Part shown: piece by piece, positions 58,669 to 64,000 of the stretch
Layout of the letters: each line of letters opens with the position of its first letter
Position numbering within the stretch: the first letter of the stretch is position 1
NCBI GenBank assembly: GCA_020883125.1
Contig: JAHREW010000029.1
Coordinates: 9,712 to 73,711, forward strand
Origin: Microcoleus sp. CAWBG506
Lineage (GTDB): Bacteria; Cyanobacteriota; Cyanobacteriia; Cyanobacteriales; Microcoleaceae
Direction: 5' to 3'
DNA length: 64,000 nt
Made by a program: the position numbers and the translations under genes
The notes under the pieces: model-generated
The model's database searches: none
The model's input: the letters and a program-made list of their open reading frames with translations, nothing else
Told to the model about the DNA's origin: nothing

Positions 58669-60657
58669 ATGACAGTTTTAGAACAGGGAACAATCTCAAT
58701 CCATACCGAAAATATTTTCCCGATTATCAAGAAGTCCCTATATACCGACCATGAAGTCTTCTTGCGGGAACTAATTTCCAACGCTGTCGATGCCATTGCC
58801 AAACTCAAAATGGTTTCCCGATCGGGCGAATACAGCGGCGACATTGGCGAACCAGAAATCACCATTGCGATCGACAAAGAAAACAAAACACTCTCCATCA
58901 CCGACAACGGCATCGGCATGACAGCCGATGAAGTTAGAAAATACATTAACCAAGTCGCTTTTTCCAGCGCTGAAGAATTTATTCAAAAATATCAAGGCAG
59001 TGGCGACGACGCAATTATCGGTCACTTCGGACTCGGTTTCTACTCTTCTTTCATGGTAGCTCAGAAAGTAGACATTGATACCCTTTCTTACCAAGAAGGC
59101 GCACAAGCAGTACACTGGTATTGCGATGGTTCACCCGCTTTTGAACTATCAGAATCTACCCGCACAGAACGCGGCACTACGATTACTCTCACTCTCCAAG
59201 ACGAAGAACAAGAATATGTAGATCCCACTCGCATTAAGCAGTTAATCAAAACTTACTGCGATTTCATGCCAGTTCCCATCAAATTTGAGGGAGATGAACT
59301 CAACAAACACAAGGCAATTTGGCGGGAAGCAGCCAGCAATTTACAAAAAGAAGATTACTTAGAACTATACCGCCACCTTTATCCGTTCCAAGAAGAGCCA
59401 CTGCTGTGGGTACACCTGAATACCGATTATCCTTTTATTGTCAACGGCATTCTTTACTTTCCCAAACTGCGGCCGGATGTTGATGTCACCCAAGGTAATA
59501 TCAAGCTATTTTGCAACCAGGTTTTTGTCAGCGATCATTGCGAAGAAATTATTCCAAAATTCTTGATGCCACTGCGGGGAGTCATTGACAGTACCGACAT
59601 TCCGCTGAACGTGTCTCGCAGTTCGCTGCAAAGCAATCGCACGGTGCGGAAAATAGCTGATTATATCGCCAAAAAAGTGGGCGATCGCCTCAAGGAACTT
59701 TACCGGGACGATCGCAACGAGTACATCCGTTGCTGGCAAGATATCGGCACTTTTGTCAAGTTCGGAGCTCTCAACGATGACAAATTCAAAAAGCAAATTG
59801 AAGATATCTTAATCTATCGCAGCACCTACGAACCAACAGCAGTCAAGCCAGAAACCGAGACACCAGAAGTGCAGGTGCAAGCTGAGGAAGGAGATTTGTG
59901 GCAAGATGTCAATCCCAAGTCCGAAACTTCCGCTTCAACCCAGCCTTACACCACCCTGAAAGAGTATTTAGAACGCAATCAAAAACGTCACGAAAATCGC
60001 GTTTTTTACTGTACAGAGCCGGCATCACAAGCAACTTACGTCGCACTGCACAAAAGCCAAGGTTTAGAAGTGTTGTTCATGGATTCTTTCATTGACACGC
60101 ACTTCATTAGTTTCCTCGAACGAGAATATTCCGATGTCAAATTCTCGCGAGTGGATTCCGACTTAGATGATACGCTAATTGACAAAGAAAAAGAAGCGGA
60201 AATAGTCGATCCGACTACCAATAAAACTCGCAGCGAACAAGTTAAAGAATTGTTCCAAAAAGCTCTGAATAAGCCAAAAGTGAATATCCGCACAGAAGCT
60301 TTAAAGTCAGACGCTGCGGAGGCGACACCACCTGCGATCGTCCTGTTACCGGAAGCTTTGCGCCGGATGCGCGACATGACGGCTCTATTACAGCAGCAAG
60401 CGGCAGAATTCCCCGAAGAACACGTTTTGCTGGTGAATACAGCCCACCCGTTGATTCAAAATCTGGCTAATTTGAGTCAAGGTTCGATTATTCAAGGCGG
60501 TGGCGAGTCTCGCTCGGCCCAATTGGCGAGCATGATTTGTCACCACGTTTACGACTTGGCCCTGATGGCTCAGAAGGGTTTTGATGCTGAGGGGATGAAG
60601 GAGTTTGTGGAGCGATCGAATCAAGTATTGACAAAATTGACGGAACGTGCATTATAA
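58669..60657 (+). CDS. htpG: Molecular chaperone HtpG
   Basis: LYTDHEVFLRELISNAVDA; DNGIGMT; IGHFGLGFYS; LNVSRS. Confidence 0.96.
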   Translation: MTVLEQGTISIHTENIFPIIKKSLYTDHEVFLRELISNAVDAIAKLKMVSRSGEYSGDIGEPEITIAIDKENKTLSITDNGIGMTADEVRKYINQVAFSSAEEFIQKYQGSGDDAIIGHFGLGFYSSFMVAQKVDIDTLSYQEGAQAVHWYCDGSPAFELSESTRTERGTTITLTLQDEEQEYVDPTRIKQLIKTYCDFMPVPIKFEGDELNKHKAIWREAASNLQKEDYLELYRHLYPFQEEPLLWVHLNTDYPFIVNGILYFPKLRPDVDVTQGNIKLFCNQVFVSDHCEEIIPKFLMPLRGVIDSTDIPLNVSRSSLQSNRTVRKIADYIAKKVGDRLKELYRDDRNEYIRCWQDIGTFVKFGALNDDKFKKQIEDILIYRSTYEPTAVKPETETPEVQVQAEEGDLWQDVNPKSETSASTQPYTTLKEYLERNQKRHENRVFYCTEPASQATYVALHKSQGLEVLFMDSFIDTHFISFLEREYSDVKFSRVDSDLDDTLIDKEKEAEIVDPTTNKTRSEQVKELFQKALNKPKVNIRTEALKSDAAEATPPAIVLLPEALRRMRDMTALLQQQAAEFPEEHVLLVNTAHPLIQNLANLSQGSIIQGGGESRSAQLASMICHHVYDLALMAQKGFDAEGMKEFVERSNQVLTKLTERAL

Positions 60658-60766
60658 CTAACCGCCCCACCCCCCCGACCTTCGGGGGGAGTAAATGTAG
60701 CAGAAAGTACAACACATAGATGTACGGACTCAAATACTGAAAATAAGCAGGCAGGACGGGCATAAG

Positions 60767-61243
60767 ATGAGAAATTTGGGTGTTAGTTACCTTTTATGGG
60801 CTGCTTGTTTCTTCGGCCCCTTCGGACTCCACCGCCTTTACAATGGCAAGATTGGTACGGGTTTGCTGTGGCTGTTTACCTTTGGGTTATTTGGGTTTGG
60901 ACAACTGTTTGACTTACTGCTGCTCCCGAACATGGTGGAGGAACATCAGGCCACTCTGCGGGGCCAACAGGGTGTATCTGCCACAGGGATACCACTACAT
61001 CCAATCAACGGGGCGATCGCACAGACATATCCCAAGCAAACTCCCGACCAGTTGGGGGTGAAACTACTGAAAGCAGCTGATCTTAAAAGCGGAAAATTGT
61101 CGGTCACTCAAGGGGTGATGGCAACTGGTGCTACCTTTGCCGAAGTCGAAGAAGCCTTCACGGCCATGCTGAAAACCGGTTATGTCAGTATTGAGAACGA
61201 CCCAGTAACAGGCGTTGTGATGTATTACTTTCACGAACTCTAG
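60767..61243 (+). CDS. TM2/NINE-domain membrane protein
   Basis: [31 protein letters not shown]. Confidence 0.88.
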   Translation: MRNLGVSYLLWAACFFGPFGLHRLYNGKIGTGLLWLFTFGLFGFGQLFDLLLLPNMVEEHQATLRGQQGVSATGIPLHPINGAIAQTYPKQTPDQLGVKLLKAADLKSGKLSVTQGVMATGATFAEVEEAFTAMLKTGYVSIENDPVTGVVMYYFHEL

Positions 61244-61384
61244 CTCAGCCAGAGTGGTCGATCGCCCTGGTGCTGCGCCTGAGTCGATCGCCCTGACGGG
61301 CTGGTTGCTGTCGATGGACACAGCACGATCGGCAAAATCAGCTAGAATGTTTGTTTGTCTATATCAGCAGAAGTATTTACGGTC

Positions 61385-61558
61385 ATGGCAGTCCCTAAGA
61401 AGAAAACCTCCAAATCCAAGAAGAATATGCGTAAAGCAACCTGGAAGCGCAAAGCTGTGGTGGCAGCTCAGAAAGCTTTGTCCCTGGGCAAATCCGTTCT
61501 GACTGGACGTTCCAACAGCTTCGTGTATCCCGGCAATGAAGAAGAAGAGGAAGAGTAA
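61385..61558 (+). CDS. rpmF: 50S ribosomal protein L32
   Basis: [24 protein letters not shown]; start at ATG 61385. Confidence 0.96.
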   Translation: MAVPKKKTSKSKKNMRKATWKRKAVVAAQKALSLGKSVLTGRSNSFVYPGNEEEEEE

Positions 61559-61596
61559 AACAGGAAGAGGGGGCATTGGGCCAACCCGATGTCCCA

Positions 61597-62769
61597 TCAT
61601 TCAATCACCTCTTTAATCTGATACGCTTCGGGCAAAATCAGCATGGCATCGCCAAAGGAATAAAAGCGGTACTCCTGGGCGATGGCCTCTCTATACAAAT
61701 CCAGCACGCGCGATCGACCAATCATCCCACTGATCATCATCAACAAAGTAGAGCGGGGTAAGTGAAAATTGGTAATCATCCCATCTACTACCCGCCATTT
61801 ATAACCCGGATAAATAAACAAATTTGTCTTGCCATAGAAAGGTTGCAAGGGAGAATCACCAATTTTGGTCTCTGTGGCCGCAGCCGCCCCTTCCAAAGCT
61901 CGCACTGCTGTCGTACCCACAGCAATAATCCGCCCGCCTCTGGCTTTAGTTTCGCGGATTTTTTCGACGGTGGCGGCGGATACTTCCACCCATTCTTCGT
62001 GCATTTGGTGAGTTGTCACGTCTTCGACTTCCACTGGGCGAAAAGTCCCGACTCCAACATGGAGGGTGACAAAAGTTGTTTCGATTCCCCGCTGCTGCAA
62101 GCGGCTGAACAAGTCTTGGGTGAAGTGTAGGCCCGCAGTGGGGGCTGCGATCGCCCCTAGTCGATTAGCATAAACAGTCTGGTACTGTTCTGGCTCTGCT
62201 TGGGAATTGTCAATGTAGGGCGGTAGGGGTACGTGACCATATTCATCCAAAAAAGGTATGAGAGACATTTGCTTGGGCAAATTAAACTCCAACAGCCGCC
62301 CTCCTGTGGCGTCGTCCCTTTCTATCACTGTCGCAGTCAGGCGATCGGGTAGTGTGGCTAATGCTGCTTCCCCAAGGCAACAACAGGGGCCTGCGGGTTC
62401 CTTCTGGGAATGTGGAGCGACGACGGGATCGAACTCTATTTTCGCTCCCAACTTCAAGCGTTTTCCCGGCTTAACCAAAGCCAGCCAGCAATTGTGTTGT
62501 CGTTCTTCCATCAATAATATCTCCACAGCCGGGCCATTAGGTTTATGTCCGTAGAGCCTAGCTGGGAGTACGCGAGTATTGTTGAGTACCAGCAAATCGC
62601 CTGGGTTGAGCAAATCTGGCAAATCTTGGAAAATCCGGTGTTGTTGGGTGCTTGGAGAATCTACTACCAGCAAGCGGGAACTATCCCTAGGCACTACGGG
62701 ATTTTGGGCAATGCGCGAGGGGGGAAGTTCGTAGTCATAGGCGTCCAAAGACCAGTCTATCTCTGTCAT
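61597..62769 (-). CDS. queA: S-adenosylmethionine:tRNA ribosyltransferase-isomerase
   Basis: YDYELP...IAQ.P; [10 protein letters not shown]; PLPPYI; AAPTAGLHF; NFHLPRSTL; [10 protein letters not shown]; start moved to 62769. Confidence 0.95.
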   Translation of the reverse strand: MTEIDWSLDAYDYELPPSRIAQNPVVPRDSSRLLVVDSPSTQQHRIFQDLPDLLNPGDLLVLNNTRVLPARLYGHKPNGPAVEILLMEERQHNCWLALVKPGKRLKLGAKIEFDPVVAPHSQKEPAGPCCCLGEAALATLPDRLTATVIERDDATGGRLLEFNLPKQMSLIPFLDEYGHVPLPPYIDNSQAEPEQYQTVYANRLGAIAAPTAGLHFTQDLFSRLQQRGIETTFVTLHVGVGTFRPVEVEDVTTHQMHEEWVEVSAATVEKIRETKARGGRIIAVGTTAVRALEGAAAATETKIGDSPLQPFYGKTNLFIYPGYKWRVVDGMITNFHLPRSTLLMMISGMIGRSRVLDLYREAIAQEYRFYSFGDAMLILPEAYQIKEVIE

Positions 62770-62914
62770 CGGGTGAAGTCCTGTCAAAAATCTGTCAACT
62801 TTGTAACAAATTGGGTAAAAACCCCCATCCAAAGTAGGGTGCTTTTCCCCTTGTAGCGGCGGATCTAGAACGCGAGAATAGAGGTGTAGCATCAGCTTTG
62901 CTCGAAGGATAGTT

Positions 62915-63304
62915 ATGGAATACCTCTACTACATCGCCAATACTAGCCTCACTCTGAGAGTCGTGGATTACCTACGCAGGGCTAGTCATCTGCCTTTGCA
63001 ATTTATCACCGTGATTCACCAAATTAACGGTTGGGTAGTCAAGGTGAAAATGAGCCAATATTTAACTCCTGAAATCCACGGGGATTTTCGGGCTTTTATG
63101 AATGAACTTGGGATTCCTTACGATCCTGAAATTCGGTTACAAATGGCACTTTGGAGTTTGGAAACGGGACAGTCGCCCCTGAGCGTGATGCGCCGTTACC
63201 AGGTAGCCGTAGTTTGTCACGGAAGTCCCGATCGCAAGGAAATTGAAGCCTTTCGCCATCAGTTTGTCAAGGGACTCGGATATTGTCCCGAAACTTTGGC
63301 CTGA
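62915..63304 (+). CDS. Hypothetical protein
   Basis: Clean 129-aa ORF with GGA upstream; no family recognised with certainty. Confidence 0.75.
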   Translation: MEYLYYIANTSLTLRVVDYLRRASHLPLQFITVIHQINGWVVKVKMSQYLTPEIHGDFRAFMNELGIPYDPEIRLQMALWSLETGQSPLSVMRRYQVAVVCHGSPDRKEIEAFRHQFVKGLGYCPETLA

Positions 63305-63403
63305 GCTCACGACTCAAAAAAATGCCAGTTATAGCATTCCGGGGGCTTGAGCAATTCCATAATTTAACATCTAATATCTCAAATCTCAAATTAGATGACA
63401 TTT

Positions 63404-63988
63404 CTAATGGCTAAAAGCCGATCGAATGTATTCTTGCAAAGTGAGCACGTAACTACCTGTAAGTGCGGGTTGAGAGTTGGCTGTCGTGGATGATAATCTT
63501 TTGTGAGTCTTTAGCCCTGAAGATTCGCACCTGACGAGGGCGACATCAAAACGACAGGGATTATTGGCTAAATCTGGGTAAGCACTTAAAAATATTTCGG
63601 CAGTTTGCCAAATTTTTGCTTGTTTGGCCGCACTAATAGCCAGGATTCCATCGGTATCCCAATTGCCCCGACTGCGAGTTTTAACCTCTACAAATGCTAA
63701 AGTCGGGCATGGGAAATCAGGAATCCGGAATCGGGAATTTTGATGACATTCCTCGATTGTACTCTGTGGATCTGTTCCCTGTGCAATGATATCAATCTCT
63801 CCCCATCGACAGTGCCATTGTCGGTGCAGGATTTCCCAGCCTTGCTGCTGCAACCAATCAGAGACTAAGTTTTCTCCTAGAGTGCCGAGTTGGCGAGAGT
63901 GGGAAGATGGGGAACAATTGGAGTCAGCAAGAGCGATCCTGTTCGAGGGCTTCGCTAACGGGCGATCGCCTTTTCTGGTAAAATTCAA
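63404..63988 (-). CDS. YraN family (UPF0102) endonuclease-like protein; start uncertain
   Basis: [10 protein letters not shown]...GWEIL; WGEIDII; FVEVKTR; RFDVALV. Confidence 0.88.
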   Translation of the reverse strand: MNFTRKGDRPLAKPSNRIALADSNCSPSSHSRQLGTLGENLVSDWLQQQGWEILHRQWHCRWGEIDIIAQGTDPQSTIEECHQNSRFRIPDFPCPTLAFVEVKTRSRGNWDTDGILAISAAKQAKIWQTAEIFLSAYPDLANNPCRFDVALVRCESSGLKTHKRLSSTTANSQPALTGSYVLTLQEYIRSAFSH

Positions 63989-64000
63989 TTTTGAACTATC

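Larger units (their letters stand above)
1..64000. repeat. HIP1 octamer (GCGATCGC) and variants dispersed through the window
   Basis: Many copies in CDS and intergenic DNA, e.g. ~5214, ~9133, ~12703, ~37516, ~58251. Confidence 0.9.

Noticed and set aside
10721-62892. N-terminal extensions given by the ORF track for gmd, nadD, murB, RND2, PAP2, the 49526 lipoprotein, rpmF and queA
   Set aside because: Family motifs start at downstream ATGs; some upstream starts overlap operators or repeats

Overview
Chromosomal window from a filamentous cyanobacterium, probably Oscillatoriales (Microcoleus/Kamptonema-like). That placement is inferred from dense HIP1 GCGATCGC sites, heptamer STRR arrays, GTAG-type REP palindromes and the gene content. 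From 1 to 9.2 kb is an accessory block: vapBC, a decayed second toxin-antitoxin (TA) pair, a 1534-aa NACHT-WD40 STAND protein, an HTH-TIR-AAA protein and small orphans. From 9.3 to 30 kb are mostly housekeeping genes (gmd, gap2, nadD, murC, murB, ybaB, LMW-PTP, pgi, dusB, argF, clpB, MBOAT/SGNH, gloA), with a TnpB/IS605 right-end remnant after murB. From 30.2 to 58.3 kb is a ~28-kb metal-homeostasis region. Its regulatory layout can be read from the DNA: six TTTCAT-N5-TTTCAT CopR-type boxes, each with a -10 element exactly 10 nt downstream; two MerR-type promoters with 20-bp spacers, one driving an unannotated 48-aa secreted tri-Cys peptide; three copies of a separate ATCTT-N6-TTCTT promoter motif in front of a PepSY/DUF347/DUF347 module next to PAP2 and its own two-component system; and Fur-like boxes on a multicopper oxidase-lipoprotein-FTR1 unit. 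From 58.7 to 64 kb are htpG, a TM2 protein, rpmF, queA, a hypothetical and YraN. GC-rich palindromic elements are inserted in frame in two proteins. No rRNA, tRNA, CRISPR array, integrase or intact transposase was seen. All calls come from reading the sequence; no database search was run.
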